Numbered from the stretch's first letter, positions 51,479-62,139 are shown. The stretch is DNA of 64,000 bases from an uncultured Planctomycetota bacterium (GCA_963823665.1 CAWGMQ010000010.1:1600001-1664000), one strand, 5' to 3'. The notes: generated by a model from the sequence alone, not told the origin. Numbers and translations: made by a program.

Positions 51479-52462
51479 ATGATGACGGCATCAAACGGCA
51501 ACGGCGGCACGCCCGCAATTGAAATCTGCGACCTGCACCGGCACTTTGGCAAGCTCCGCGCCGTCGATGGTGTCTCGTTCAAGGCGTATCCGGGCCAGGT
51601 GATGGGATTTATCGGCCCCAACGGCGCGGGCAAGACGACCGCGATGCGGATCCTGGCCACGCTCGACGTTCCGACGTCCGGAGAGGCATTCATCAATGGC
51701 TATTCGGTCGTCGACGATCCGGACAAGGTGCGCCGCATTGTGGGCTTCATGCCGGACAGTTTCGGCAAGTACGCGAACATGGATGTCGTGGAATACGTCG
51801 ACTTCTTCGCCAGGGCCTACGGACTTTCGGGGGCCATCCGGCGAGACGCAGTCGAGCGCGTCCTGGTTTTCACCGAGCTGCGGAAGCTGGCGGACAAATC
51901 GATCAAAACTCTCTCAAAAGGGATGTCGCAACGGCTGGCGCTGGGGCGAACGTTGATTCACGATCCCTCGGTGCTGGTGCTCGACGAACCGGCCGCCGGG
52001 CTGGACCCGCGGGCGCGGATCGAGCTGCGGGGGCTCATCCACGTACTGGCGACCGACCTGCAAAAGACGGTGCTCATCAGCTCGCACATCCTCACCGAGC
52101 TCGGCGAGATCTGCGACTCGGCCGCGATCATCGAGGCGGGACGCCTCCTGGCCTGCGGAACGATGACAGAACTCAATCAGGCACAACGCGCCTCGGAAGG
52201 GCGCGCTGACGGATCGGTCATTTCGGTCCGCGTGCTGCGCGACGCCGAGAAGCTGGAGCACCTGCTGTGCCAGGAGCCCTTGGTGCGGAACGTCGAGCTC
52301 GCGGACCGGGTCGCGACGTTCGAGTTCACGGGAGTTGAATCTGAGCTGTCGGCGATCCTCAAGCGGCTCGTTCGGGCCGAGCTCGAGGTGGTCGAGTTTC
52401 GCGGCCGGGTCGAGAGCCTGGAGGATGCGTTCATGGCCATCACGAAGGGGATCACGCAATGA
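51479..52462 (+). CDS. ABC transporter ATP-binding protein
   Basis: GPNGAGKTT, LSKGM, LVLDEP, SSH. Confidence 0.95.
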   Translation: MMTASNGNGGTPAIEICDLHRHFGKLRAVDGVSFKAYPGQVMGFIGPNGAGKTTAMRILATLDVPTSGEAFINGYSVVDDPDKVRRIVGFMPDSFGKYANMDVVEYVDFFARAYGLSGAIRRDAVERVLVFTELRKLADKSIKTLSKGMSQRLALGRTLIHDPSVLVLDEPAAGLDPRARIELRGLIHVLATDLQKTVLISSHILTELGEICDSAAIIEAGRLLACGTMTELNQAQRASEGRADGSVISVRVLRDAEKLEHLLCQEPLVRNVELADRVATFEFTGVESELSAILKRLVRAELEVVEFRGRVESLEDAFMAITKGITQ

Positions 52463-53988
52463 GGGCTGCGTTAGCGATGGTCAACCGGCTGGAACGCCTG
52501 GGCGACCGGTTCAATCCCATCGTCGTGAAGGAGGTGCGCCAGGCGCTCAAAAGCCGCCAGTTCGTGATCACTTTTCTGCTTCTGCTTCTGGTGGCGTGGG
52601 CCGGGTCGATTTTCGGCGTATCGTATCTGGGCGAGTCGATCGACTACGGGTCGTCGGCCGTGACTTTTTATTCGGGATTTCTGTTCGCTCTCTGCGCGGC
52701 CACGTTGGTCATCGTTCCGTTCTCGACGTTTCGCAGCATTATCGAAGAGCGTACCGAGACAACGCTTGAGCTGTTGCAAATCACGGCGCTGTCGCCCGTG
52801 CAGATCGTCCGCGGTAAGGTCTTGAGCGCGATGGTTCAGGTGCTGGTTTACTACTGCGCGATCGCTCCTTTCATCGCGTTCACGGCGCTCTTGCCGGGCT
52901 TTGATATCGTCCACGTGGCCTTTTCGCTGGTCATGCTTTTGATCACCGCGCTGTGTTTCTCGGTGATCGCCCTGGCAATCGGCACTCAAGCCCGCAACAC
53001 GACGTTCCAAGCTCTCTCGTCGCTTTTTGTGATCGCGACGGCCTTCGCAGGAATGATGACTTTTTTCGCCTTCATGACGGCGGCCGGCAACGCCATCCAG
53101 TTCGACGAATCGGATACGTGGTGGGCGCTCGCGCTGGTCGTGTTCCTCGGCCTTTCGACCGGATATGTCTGCGAGCAGGCGGCCGTCTCACAACTCACTT
53201 TCGAATCTGACAACCGCAGCACGGGCATCCGGTTGGCCGTGGGCGCGCAGTGGCTTCTTAGCTGGATCGGTTTGCTGACATATTTTATCGTGCACCAGCG
53301 GCCGCGGTCTCCCGGCGCGTTGTCCCCCATTTTGACGCTGACCGCGACGTACATCACGGTAGGCGGTCTGTTGTTCGCCAGCGCGCCCGATTCTCTGTCG
53401 CGGCGAGTCAGCCGCGGCCTGCCCCGCTCGCGCGCACTGAGGGTGCTGTGGGCCCCGTTCCTGCCGGGTGGCGCGCGCGGGATGCTCTATGCCCTCATGT
53501 CGCTGGTGCTGCTGGCCTTCTTTGTGACGGTCCTACTCCCACAGCTTACCTTTAACAGCATCTTCAACGATCAGCAAGCCTCTCGATACGCGATCGCCCT
53601 GGCTGCCTATTCGGTGATTTATCTCGGAGCGGGCGCGCTGTGTGCGCGACTGCTGCGGCGCGTGGTGCAACGCATCCATTCGTATCAGGTGCTCGCGATT
53701 CTGGCATTGGCGAACTCACTCTTGGTCGTTGGGGCCGAAGTGATCCACTTCGTGACCCGCGTGCCCGCGCCACAACTCATCGATGTGGTCAATCCAGTTG
53801 TGACGTTGCAATCGATCGCCGACGCCGCTCGCGGCTCCGTCGATGCCGTCTCCTGCCTTGTGGTCGCCGCGGTTGTTGCGATGGCGGCGAACGCGATCGC
53901 GCTTTGGTGCGGGGTCCGCGACGTTGTGAACGACCCGGTCCGCGCCCAGATTGAAAGCCAGCGGCTTCCCGATGGGCTTGTCAATTGA
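52459..53988 (+). CDS. ABC-2 type permease
   Basis: NPIVVKEVRQ, EERTETTLELLQIT, IVRGK; many TMs; ATGA overlap with the ATPase. Confidence 0.88.
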   Translation: MRAALAMVNRLERLGDRFNPIVVKEVRQALKSRQFVITFLLLLLVAWAGSIFGVSYLGESIDYGSSAVTFYSGFLFALCAATLVIVPFSTFRSIIEERTETTLELLQITALSPVQIVRGKVLSAMVQVLVYYCAIAPFIAFTALLPGFDIVHVAFSLVMLLITALCFSVIALAIGTQARNTTFQALSSLFVIATAFAGMMTFFAFMTAAGNAIQFDESDTWWALALVVFLGLSTGYVCEQAAVSQLTFESDNRSTGIRLAVGAQWLLSWIGLLTYFIVHQRPRSPGALSPILTLTATYITVGGLLFASAPDSLSRRVSRGLPRSRALRVLWAPFLPGGARGMLYALMSLVLLAFFVTVLLPQLTFNSIFNDQQASRYAIALAAYSVIYLGAGALCARLLRRVVQRIHSYQVLAILALANSLLVVGAEVIHFVTRVPAPQLIDVVNPVVTLQSIADAARGSVDAVSCLVVAAVVAMAANAIALWCGVRDVVNDPVRAQIESQRLPDGLVN

Positions 53989-54168
53989 CGTGCGTGAGCC
54001 AGCCGTGGCCCGGATCGTCGAATCCCAGGTTTCCGGTGCTCAAGTGGTGGGTAGGAAAACTCCGCCAACCGAGATTGGGCTGTGTACCGCGAATAGCTGG
54101 AAGGTGTCCCAGGATGCTATTGCCGAGGTTCGCGCCTCTGTGGACCGGTTCGTCCGTAAACAACATTC

Positions 54169-55659
54169 TTAATCCAAATCCGCCCTGCACCAGCGGCGGT
54201 AAGCCAGCGCGATTGTTGCCACGCTCGCCGCGGCCAGGACCGACGCGATCGCCATATTGACTTCGACGCCGATGCTGCCGTTCATCGTCCAGAGCATCCA
54301 GCTCGCAGTCGCCATGAATGCGCAGAGTGCGCACCCGACGCTTGCGATCATTCCTCGTTTCAAGGACCAAATTCCCATGGCATACGCACAAAGTTGGGCC
54401 ATCCCTGTGCAGAAAATGAACAAGATTATGTTTTTGACTTGCAGGAGTTCCGGCGCCCAGATGGCTGCGGCTATTCCCATACACAGAACGCCCCCGAGCC
54501 ACCATTGGATGATGTCCCACAAGAGCGCCAGGCCGAGCTCTCGAACGAATTCCTGTCGCGTTCGCGGCCGCACGGATTCATAACCCAGACGATGACGGCG
54601 TTTGAACCAGGAGGGCCAAGTCCTGTTAAAAGGATTCGTCATGACCTGCACTGAGAATATCACCACAGTGTCCCTGCCCGGAAAAAGTCGCAGCAATAGA
54701 GGCATCGTGAGGAGCGTCATCACCATGAGAAACCCCACGTCTGTGGAGGTACGCAGCGACTGGGTCCCAAGCCGCCATAACTGTAAACGTTGCCATAGGC
54801 TTCTCTCGCTGTACCCGGAGAGGCTCTCGACTTGTTTCAGGTTGGTAAACGGGTTTTTCAGCGGGTCCAAGTTCTGAAGGGCGGTCCGTTTATTAGCCGG
54901 CAAAGCAGCGGGATATTCCTCGATTGTCTTCGTTTTGGATTGTTTCAGCGCCCGGGGTTTGATTACTTCCGCCCAGGGGTTCCCGAACTGCCCCCCGAAA
55001 GTTTGCACACCCCGCCCGCGGAGAAAATCGCCCCACAAGCGCGCAAGATAATACTCCGCCGCCGTATCTTCATTCAACGCAAGCAACCGCCAGGCTAAGG
55101 CCCAGAGCGCTACCAAACTAATGAATACAAAAAGCGCAGAGGCTGCTGGGTTTGTTCCCGCGAGGAAACGCGCGAAGTCGGGGTCGGATGAAGAGCGCGC
55201 CGTTACAAAAGCCAAGAACGGGAACGCCAAGACGCCCATGACCGGATGGTGGAGCGTCCACAATCCCGCCGCCAAGGAAGTCAGGAAGATCACGGCAACG
55301 CTCGTCGGCGCGATGTCGCTTGTTCCCACGAACATCATCGAAAACATCGGGATCCCAAGGAAAAGCAATGCGATGAGCGTTGCCGCCAGCAGATGCTTCT
55401 TCCGATAATGCGGCAGCACGGACGCCCACGGGTGGGCGATGTTGTCTCTGAGGAGGACGCCTAATATGCAAGCATTGAAGTACGTAAACATTGCCATGTA
55501 TGATTTTCTCGAAAGGACGCCAGCAACGATGCCACCTTGGTTGCGCCCGATCTCTCCGTCGTCTAATGACACACTCAAGAGGCAGACCAACATGAACAAC
55601 CACACCGCCGCTGCTGCCCCGCGCATGTAGACTCTCGCGATCGGCAGGTAATTACGCAT
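54169..55659 (-). CDS. Multi-pass membrane protein, probable permease of the GntR-ABC operon
   Basis: About 12 hydrophobic segments; overlaps the ATPase stop. Confidence 0.8.
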   Translation of the reverse strand: MRNYLPIARVYMRGAAAAVWLFMLVCLLSVSLDDGEIGRNQGGIVAGVLSRKSYMAMFTYFNACILGVLLRDNIAHPWASVLPHYRKKHLLAATLIALLFLGIPMFSMMFVGTSDIAPTSVAVIFLTSLAAGLWTLHHPVMGVLAFPFLAFVTARSSSDPDFARFLAGTNPAASALFVFISLVALWALAWRLLALNEDTAAEYYLARLWGDFLRGRGVQTFGGQFGNPWAEVIKPRALKQSKTKTIEEYPAALPANKRTALQNLDPLKNPFTNLKQVESLSGYSERSLWQRLQLWRLGTQSLRTSTDVGFLMVMTLLTMPLLLRLFPGRDTVVIFSVQVMTNPFNRTWPSWFKRRHRLGYESVRPRTRQEFVRELGLALLWDIIQWWLGGVLCMGIAAAIWAPELLQVKNIILFIFCTGMAQLCAYAMGIWSLKRGMIASVGCALCAFMATASWMLWTMNGSIGVEVNMAIASVLAAASVATIALAYRRWCRADLD

Positions 55660-56530
55660 GATGCAGCTCCAGGAAGATGTCCTCGAGATTTAGATCTTGC
55701 ACCGCCACCGACGCCGACCACTGTTGGGCGATTCGTTCCGGCAAATCGGCCGTGAAGTCTTGCACGCTCACCACCGCCTCGTTGCCGGTCACCTTGGCGT
55801 ACAGCATGCCGGGCACGCGGAAAGAACCGTTCGGCAAGGGCGCGGCCGCCTGGACATGCAGCCGTTTCACGCTGTCCTTGAGGGCATCGAGTTCTCCGTT
55901 GTAGAAAATCTTGCCGTCTTTGAGGACCGCGACGCGGTCGGCCACACGCTCCAAGTCCGACGTGATGTGCGTGGAGAAAAGCACCGTGCGCGCGCCGACC
56001 ATGTCGAGCAGCGTTTCCAAGAACCGCCGCCGCGCCACGGGATCCAAGCTAGCGGCAGGCTCATCGAGGACCAGCAGATCCGGCTCATGACCGAGGGCCA
56101 AGATGATGGCTAGCTTCTGCATCTGGCCAACCGACAACGGCCCGACGCGGTCTTCCGGGTTCAGCTCCCATTCGCGCAGCAGCCGGTCGACAAGGGCCTT
56201 GTTCCACCTGGGATAGAAAGCGCCCGTGTAGGCGGTGATTTGTCGGATCTTCATCCAAGGATAGAGGTTGATTTCCTGCGGCACGTAGCCGAGCCGTTCC
56301 TTGCCCGCGGCGCTCAGCTCCCAAGCCGGCTCGCCCAAGATGCGGACGTCGCCGAGCTGAGGGCGCTGCAGGCCCAAAGCGCATTTGAGCAACGTCGTCT
56401 TGCCGGCGCCGTTCTTGCCCACGAGGCCCAAGACCGAGCCTGCCGGCAAGGTCAGATCGACTTCTTTGAGCACAAGCTTGTGACCGAAACTTTTCGAAAC
56501 TCCGCGCAGCTCGAGCATCGTTTCACTCAT
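55652..56530 (-). CDS. ABC transporter ATP-binding protein (YtrB-like)
   Basis: GKNGAGKTT, LSVGQ, LVLDEP, STH. Confidence 0.95.
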   Translation of the reverse strand: MSETMLELRGVSKSFGHKLVLKEVDLTLPAGSVLGLVGKNGAGKTTLLKCALGLQRPQLGDVRILGEPAWELSAAGKERLGYVPQEINLYPWMKIRQITAYTGAFYPRWNKALVDRLLREWELNPEDRVGPLSVGQMQKLAIILALGHEPDLLVLDEPAASLDPVARRRFLETLLDMVGARTVLFSTHITSDLERVADRVAVLKDGKIFYNGELDALKDSVKRLHVQAAAPLPNGSFRVPGMLYAKVTGNEAVVSVQDFTADLPERIAQQWSASVAVQDLNLEDIFLELHHA

Positions 56531-56921
56531 GGCCGAGCTCCTTTAGTAGAGGGTCGAGGGCCGCCAACACTTGTTCCCGTGTCAGGGCCAACTGATACGC
56601 CTGGGTGGCCACCTGCTCCAACAGCGGCCGCAGCTCATTCTGACGTTCCTTGATCGTTCCCCTAGGCGATCTATGGTTGACGCGCATCCCCTGCCCACGC
56701 ACGCGCTCGACGACCCCTTCGCGCTCCAGCAGCGAATACGCCTTGGACACGGTCATCTGGTTGACTTGCAGGTCCTGGCCGGCCTGCCGCACGGACGGGA
56801 GCAAGTCCCCTTCCGCCAACCGCCCGCTGGCGACGAGCGCGCGGACCTGGTCCATCAACTGCCGATAAATCGGCACGCCGGAGGAGGTGTTCACCTGGAA
56901 GTAAGACGCGCTGGCTCGCAT
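56523..56921 (-). CDS. GntR family regulator, YtrA subfamily
   Basis: PIYRQL, LPSVRQ, VNQMTVSKAY..LEREG, RGQG; short C-terminus; heads an ABC operon. Confidence 0.92.
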   Translation of the reverse strand: MRASASYFQVNTSSGVPIYRQLMDQVRALVASGRLAEGDLLPSVRQAGQDLQVNQMTVSKAYSLLEREGVVERVRGQGMRVNHRSPRGTIKERQNELRPLLEQVATQAYQLALTREQVLAALDPLLKELGHE

Positions 56922-56924
56922 AGG

Positions 56925-56963
56925 TGTATTACTACTGTAATGCACTAATGCGGTGATAGTCAA
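56925..56963 (-). promoter_or_regulatory. Sigma70-type promoter overlapped by a YtrA-type operator
   Basis: Minus strand TTGACT-N18-TACAGT; inverted repeat TGTATTAC-N4-GTAATGCA at 56925-56944, 3 nt from the ATG. Confidence 0.7.
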
Positions 56964-57041
56964 GCCAAGGGTTTTCTTTTTTGATCGGCGCCAGGGATGT
57001 CAGGATGTCAGACACCCACCTTTTGCGGAGCGTCGGGCACG

Positions 57042-57144
57042 CGCCTTGTGCGTGTTCGAAATGGCCAGAGGCCGTGCTTTGCGCCGGACGTGCGAGCCGC
57101 GAATGAATCGGGGGAGCGTGACAAAAGGATGGGTTTCTGGAATC
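57042..57144 (+). repeat. Repeat family R3, copy 1 (about 105 bp)
   Basis: CGCCTTGTGCGTGTTCGAAATG...GTGCGAGCCGCGAATGAAT...CGTGACAAA.GGATGGG...TGGAATC is shared with 59240-59348. Confidence 0.88.
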
Positions 57145-57426
57145 CTTCCAACCGAGCATCGGCTCAGGCCAAGCGACGATCGAGCTCGCGAGTTTTGTGC
57201 GAGTTTTACGACGCTTAGCCTAACCGCACGGCCTGCTCACAATGCTAGTTGGGCATGAGCCAGGAAACCATCCGGTCCTCCGCTCTGATCCTTGTTGTGC
57301 GCCTTCCTTATTCCCCCTCCCCGTCAGCGCCGGGCACGTCGACCGCCCAGCCATGGGTGGAAAGTTAGAACAGTGCATGTTACCATGCACGCCTAGTCTT
57401 CTTGCATTCGAGCGCGAGAGAAACCA

Positions 57427-58770
57427 ATGAAATGCGAGCGAGTTGGTCGACGGTTTCGGCCGGTCTTATCTGAGAGCCTCGAGCCGCGCGCCTTGTTGAC
57501 GATGACGGCGACAGCCCAATTGCCGAACGTGAACGTCGTCACGGGCGTTGCGGTGTCACCGGTGAATCTGAATTCCTACTTTCATGACCCGGACGCGTCG
57601 CCCGATTTCGCGATCTTCAACACGACATTGGGCACGATACCCGTACTTCTGACCCCGACGACGACTCCGCTGACGGTTGCGAATTTCCTGACTTACGTGA
57701 ACCAAGGGGCTTATACGAACAGCATCGTGCACCGCTCGGTTCCCGGCTTCATCTGGCAAGCCGGCGGTTATCAACTGACGTCAACGCCAAGCATCGTTCA
57801 GACGCCCACGAATGCGCCAGTTCAGAACGAGTACGGTGCACCCAACGTCCGCGGCACGATCGCGATGGCCAAGCTGGGAGATGATCCCAACAGCGCCACG
57901 AGCCAGTTCTTCTTCAATGAAGCCGACAACTCATCCAACCTGGATAACCAGAATGGGGGCTTCACGGTTTTCGGCAACGTGGTGGGAACCGCGGGATTGG
58001 CCGTAATGGACGCGATTGCCGCAGTGCCAGTGCCCTCGCCAGGTCCGTTCGCGTCGCCGCTGGATCAGATTCCCCTCCAGAATTACTCCACCGGCGCTAC
58101 CGTAGAGCCTGCCAACTTGATCCTGATCAGTAGCGTGACAAACACCAGTGACCTGTTTCTGGTCTCCAGTGACGCACCCAGCGTCGCGAACGTCTCGGTT
58201 CTCGGAAATTCCTTGACGATCACGACAGGCGCAATCGGCACTGCGCATATTTCGGTCGTCGGTTACGGCTCTGACGGCAAGACTGCGACAGAGACTTTTG
58301 CGGTCAATGTCACTTCTCCACCCGCACCCCCGCCACCACCGCCGCCACCGCCATCCCCTCCGCCGCCTCCTCCTCCGCCGCCTCCTCCAGCTCCGCCGGT
58401 CGTTGTACCACCGTCGGTATTGGTTCCAACAGCCAGCGGCGCATTGCCTGGTTCGGTGATCGCCGGTAAGAAGACTAAAATTCAACAGACGATTTCATTG
58501 GTCGATTCGAGAAGCAATGTCGCTCAAAAGGAGCTTGTCACGCTGAGCCTCTCCACGGAGTCGGATTCCTCAGCGCCAGATTTCGTCATCGCCAGCGCCA
58601 ATCCGAAGGTCAAGTTGAAAGCCGGCAAGAAATTCAAAGTGAAACTTTCAGCCAGTCGAGTGAGCGCGAACATTCCGGCCGGCGTTTACCATGTGCTGGT
58701 CACCGTGAAGGATCCGAACGGATCAACAACCACGATCGACACGGGGAAGAAGTTGACGATCCGGGCGTGA
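57427..58770 (+). CDS. Cyclophilin-type PPIase with LEPR-XLL N-terminus, polyproline linker and basic C-terminal domain
   Basis: SLEPRALLT; TPLTVANFLTY, HRSVPGFIWQAGG, GTIAMA, SATSQFFFN, GFTVFG. Confidence 0.92.
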   Translation: MKCERVGRRFRPVLSESLEPRALLTMTATAQLPNVNVVTGVAVSPVNLNSYFHDPDASPDFAIFNTTLGTIPVLLTPTTTPLTVANFLTYVNQGAYTNSIVHRSVPGFIWQAGGYQLTSTPSIVQTPTNAPVQNEYGAPNVRGTIAMAKLGDDPNSATSQFFFNEADNSSNLDNQNGGFTVFGNVVGTAGLAVMDAIAAVPVPSPGPFASPLDQIPLQNYSTGATVEPANLILISSVTNTSDLFLVSSDAPSVANVSVLGNSLTITTGAIGTAHISVVGYGSDGKTATETFAVNVTSPPAPPPPPPPPPSPPPPPPPPPPPAPPVVVPPSVLVPTASGALPGSVIAGKKTKIQQTISLVDSRSNVAQKELVTLSLSTESDSSAPDFVIASANPKVKLKAGKKFKVKLSASRVSANIPAGVYHVLVTVKDPNGSTTTIDTGKKLTIRA

Positions 58771-58891
58771 TGGGCGGAAGGAGCTGGCAATCAGCTCGGC
58801 TGCTGTTCGCGTCGCGAAATCGCGGGTGCTCAAGCGGTTGCGCGAAGAGGTTGGAATGCGGTGATGCGATGCCGATTACGAGGACATCCCG

Positions 58892-59152
58892 GTGAACCTG
58901 CTATTGCGGTTGTATTTCAATGCCCTGTTCAAGGGAAATCCGTTCGTGGTGGCGATCACGATCATCGGGGTCGCTGCGCTGTGCGTGGGACCATTTTATG
59001 AAGGTCTCTCCAAGCGTGATCCGGCGGCGATCGGGATCGTTGCGCTAATCCTTTTGGGAATCACCATACTGCTCGTGGTCGCGATCATCGACCGAAGGAA
59101 TCAGTCTCCAAAAGGGAAGAACCGGAGTCCGAACCGGGGACGCCCGCGGTGA
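58892..59152 (+). CDS. Small two-TM membrane protein
   Basis: GAGGA RBS, two hydrophobic segments, basic tail. Confidence 0.7.
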   Translation: MNLLLRLYFNALFKGNPFVVAITIIGVAALCVGPFYEGLSKRDPAAIGIVALILLGITILLVVAIIDRRNQSPKGKNRSPNRGRPR

Positions 59153-59239
59153 TCGCCGACGCGAGCGCCAGCGCAGCTCGGCGGGAGCGTCGCGCTCGCG
59201 AATCTCATAATGCCGTTTAACCTTTGGCATCCTGAGACT

Positions 59240-59348
59240 CGCCTTGTGCGTGTTCGAAATGACCGGAGGCCGTTGTTTTGCTCCGAATGTGCGAGCCGCG
59301 AATGAATGGATGCGGGGGACCGTGACAAATGGATGGGCATGTGGAATC
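59240..59348 (+). repeat. Repeat family R3, copy 2
   Basis: Direct-orientation match to 57042-57144. Confidence 0.88.
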
Positions 59349-59418
59349 TCTTAAGCGAAATCCAAGACACCCACTTTTCGCGACGCATCCAAAGGTCAAT
59401 GCGGGTTACTGGAGCCAA

Positions 59419-59516
59419 CTTACGGATATGAACCGATATATTCACCCATTAACGGCTTTTAAACGCAACACCGCCGAGTTCCTTGCCCGGGAAGCCAGAG
59501 GGGAAGCCGGGAAGCC
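59419..59516 (+). pseudogene. 5' fragment of a Phd/YefM-type antitoxin, cut off by GGGAAGCC repeats
   Basis: DMNRYIHPLTAFKRNTAEFLAR resembles the Phd-type IHSLTDFKRNT.EF start; similarity ends at 59489, where GGGAAGCC x3 begins. Confidence 0.55.
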
Positions 59517-59715
59517 TTTCGGTTGATTGATGCCGATCTCCACATCTGAGCCCTGGGTGTCTTCCTCCGCATGCCCATCTGCGTCTGCGTGCCCCGGAAG
59601 CCGATCTAAAGGTCGGGTTTCTGGCTCCTCGAAGTCAGCGCGCATGGCGGCGTTCGCGATCCAACGTCAAGCGACGCCAGCTCCGTCACCAATCTCGCGA
59701 TCGCAACTGTCACGG

Positions 59716-61108
59716 CTACTTCGAAGTCGCTGCGATCGGCTTGAGGCCCAATTCTTCGAGAATCCCCCGACGCAAGTAAGGTTTGGACGATTTGTAGCGG
59801 TCGAGAATCCTCTGATACTCAGCCGCGTCTGGATGCCGCACCTTGATCGAAAGCGTCGTATGGTTATGGTTACCGAAATCCTTCCGAAATGTCTTTTCCG
59901 ACTTCGCCAATAACTCGATCGCTTTCTGCTGCCACTTGACGGCCGACGCAAAGTCTCCCGTCTCCGAACACGCCGCCGCCAGCGTCTTGAGCGCCCGCGG
60001 TTCGCTCCAGTCGAAAAGCTCACAGGCGCGCGTCGCTAGCTCGACACCCTCCGCGGGCTTCCGCAGCTTCGCATCGGGACAGTTCGTCAAGAGTCGGGCG
60101 CGCTCGCGGAGCGCTCGCGCCGAATTCGGCGCGAAGCGAATGAGCTCGCCCAGATCATCAAGCGCCTTGTCGTACCTGCCGATCGACTCAAAAACGATGG
60201 CTCGGTTTCCGTGTGACTCGGGACTTTGTGGGTCGGCGTCGACCGCCTGATCGAGAATCGCGATCGCGTTCGTCGAGTCACCCCGCTTCAAGTACAAGAG
60301 GGCGTACCCTGAGAACGCGTCCGCCTGTTTCGGGTCCAATTTGATCGCCCTGTTGAATTCCGGTTCGGCCTTCGACAGCTTCCCTTTCTCGATGAACATC
60401 ATCCCCCGGGCAATGTGGCTGATCGCGGCGTCCGACCCCAGTTCCTTCGCCTTGTCGAAGTCTTGGACGGCCTTGTCGTACTGATTGAGGTTGTACTCAA
60501 ATACGCCGCGTGCGAGGTACGCATACGAGCTGCGTCCGTCAAGCTCGATCGCTTTGCCAGCATCTTCAACCGCTCGGTCAAGCCGATTCCGCCACTGCCA
60601 GAGCTGGGCCCAGGCGATAAGCGCCGGGATGTACTTCGCATCGAGCTTGATCGCCGCGTCCAGGTCAGCCGAGGCACCCTCGACATCATGATTCTCGAGG
60701 CGGGCAACCCCGCGCATCATGTAAACGAACGCGTTGCGAGGATCGCGCTTGATCTGCGCTGAAAATGTACGCCTCCGCGTCAGCGAGCGGCACCATCTCC
60801 CCGGGCGAGACCCAGCCGCGAAGCCCTTCATTCAGGTCAGAAACCAGCAGCCGATCATCTTCTTTCTGCTCAACGAAGTAGATAAAGCCCGCCACACTCG
60901 GCGTGATCTTCTTGTCGCTATCCCGGAGCGTGATCGCAGGGTTTTTCTGCACGCATTCGGACGCCCGGAGATGGGGGCTGACCGACTTCTTGGGCGCCAG
61001 TGCTGTCTTCAACTGGCTCAGTTGAGTTCGATCCGCCGCACGGACCTCAGTACTGGCCAAATTCAGCCCGATCAGCAAGACCGCGCAAACCGCGTGGACG
61101 CGCGACAT
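59716..61108 (-). CDS. Secreted TPR-repeat protein; frameshift near 60765
   Basis: ORF 60686-61126 (signal peptide, GWV motif) joins ORF 59716-60831 (TPRs; CPDAKLR...ATRACEL..W; TLAAAC.E.GDF). Confidence 0.85.
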
Positions 61109-61389
61109 CGACGGAGTCCTTTGCAACGCACGAACGCGGGAGAATCGCCGTCAATATGGCGCGAAGTGCGAACCGAAGCAAGGCGAGATTCGGCCCATGT
61201 CCGCCGTTGAGATGCGACGACAGATTCCCTAACCATGCGATAACCGAGGTCATTTCTGTCTGGTCGCGTTCGAGATCCACGACGCCCCCCCGCGCAGATC
61301 TCGTCGCAGGCCAAAAAACGGCGTCAGGCGTCTGCGCCTTACAAGCCTTGAATTTACGCCTGACGATGCCTTTTGCTGCGTCTCGGATT

Positions 61390-61680
61390 AGTGGCCAGCT
61401 TCCACTCCTGCCGGTCGAGGCCGAAATCGCCGTGATCATGCGAGCTTACATCCGGCATCAGTTGATGCCGGCTAATCCCACCGGTGACGCTCTCCAATTG
61501 GCTTTGGCTTCGTACCATAAGTGTGACTTTCTGGTAACTTGGAACCGTCTTCACTTGGCCAATGCGAACAAGTTCGGCCACATTCGCCGTGTCAACACGA
61601 TGCTTGGGCTATTCACTTCCACGATCGCGACTCCTCTAGAATTATTGGGAGGCATCGATGTCGGAGAAGGAGCGGAGTGA
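61390..61680 (+). pseudogene. C-terminal half of a PIN-domain (VapC-like) toxin
   Basis: GDALQLALASYHKCDFLVTWNRLHLANANK...TPLELLG; no PIN N-terminal half recognisable upstream. Confidence 0.75.
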
Positions 61681-61846
61681 TCCTGTTATCGATGAGGTCC
61701 GAGCAGTTCGGTGCCGGATCTCTGCGCTGTTCGATCATGATCCGGACAAACTCATCGAACACTACGTGAAGCTCCAGGAACGGCATGCAGATCGTTTGAT
61801 CGGAAACGCCGTTGAGTCTGGACACACGGATGAAGCCGCCGCGTGA
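61658..61846 (+). CDS. Small protein typical of PIN-gene partners (putative antitoxin)
   Basis: DPVIDEVRAVR.RIS..FDHD; GGAGG RBS; overlaps the PIN 3' end. Confidence 0.7.
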   Translation: MSEKERSDPVIDEVRAVRCRISALFDHDPDKLIEHYVKLQERHADRLIGNAVESGHTDEAAA

Positions 61847-62139
61847 CCTGCTCGCTGCGACAGCTCGCATTCGCCGTGGGACGTTTGGGTAGAGCCGCCA
61901 GCTTGAATCGACATCGGCACGAAATACCCCTCCGCGAAGTCCCTGGCGTGGCCCGCCGGATCGTGCCATATAGCCGCTGCGATGGCGACGTGCTGATCAT
62001 GCCAGGTTTGCGGCACAAGAAATCGGCTATGTGGCGGAAGGGGTTCATGCTGCCGGCGGACTAAGACGCCCTATCTGTTGCGATTCCACCAAACTGCCAG
62101 CAAAGGTAGGATTGGCAAAGTTTCAACACGGAGGACGTT

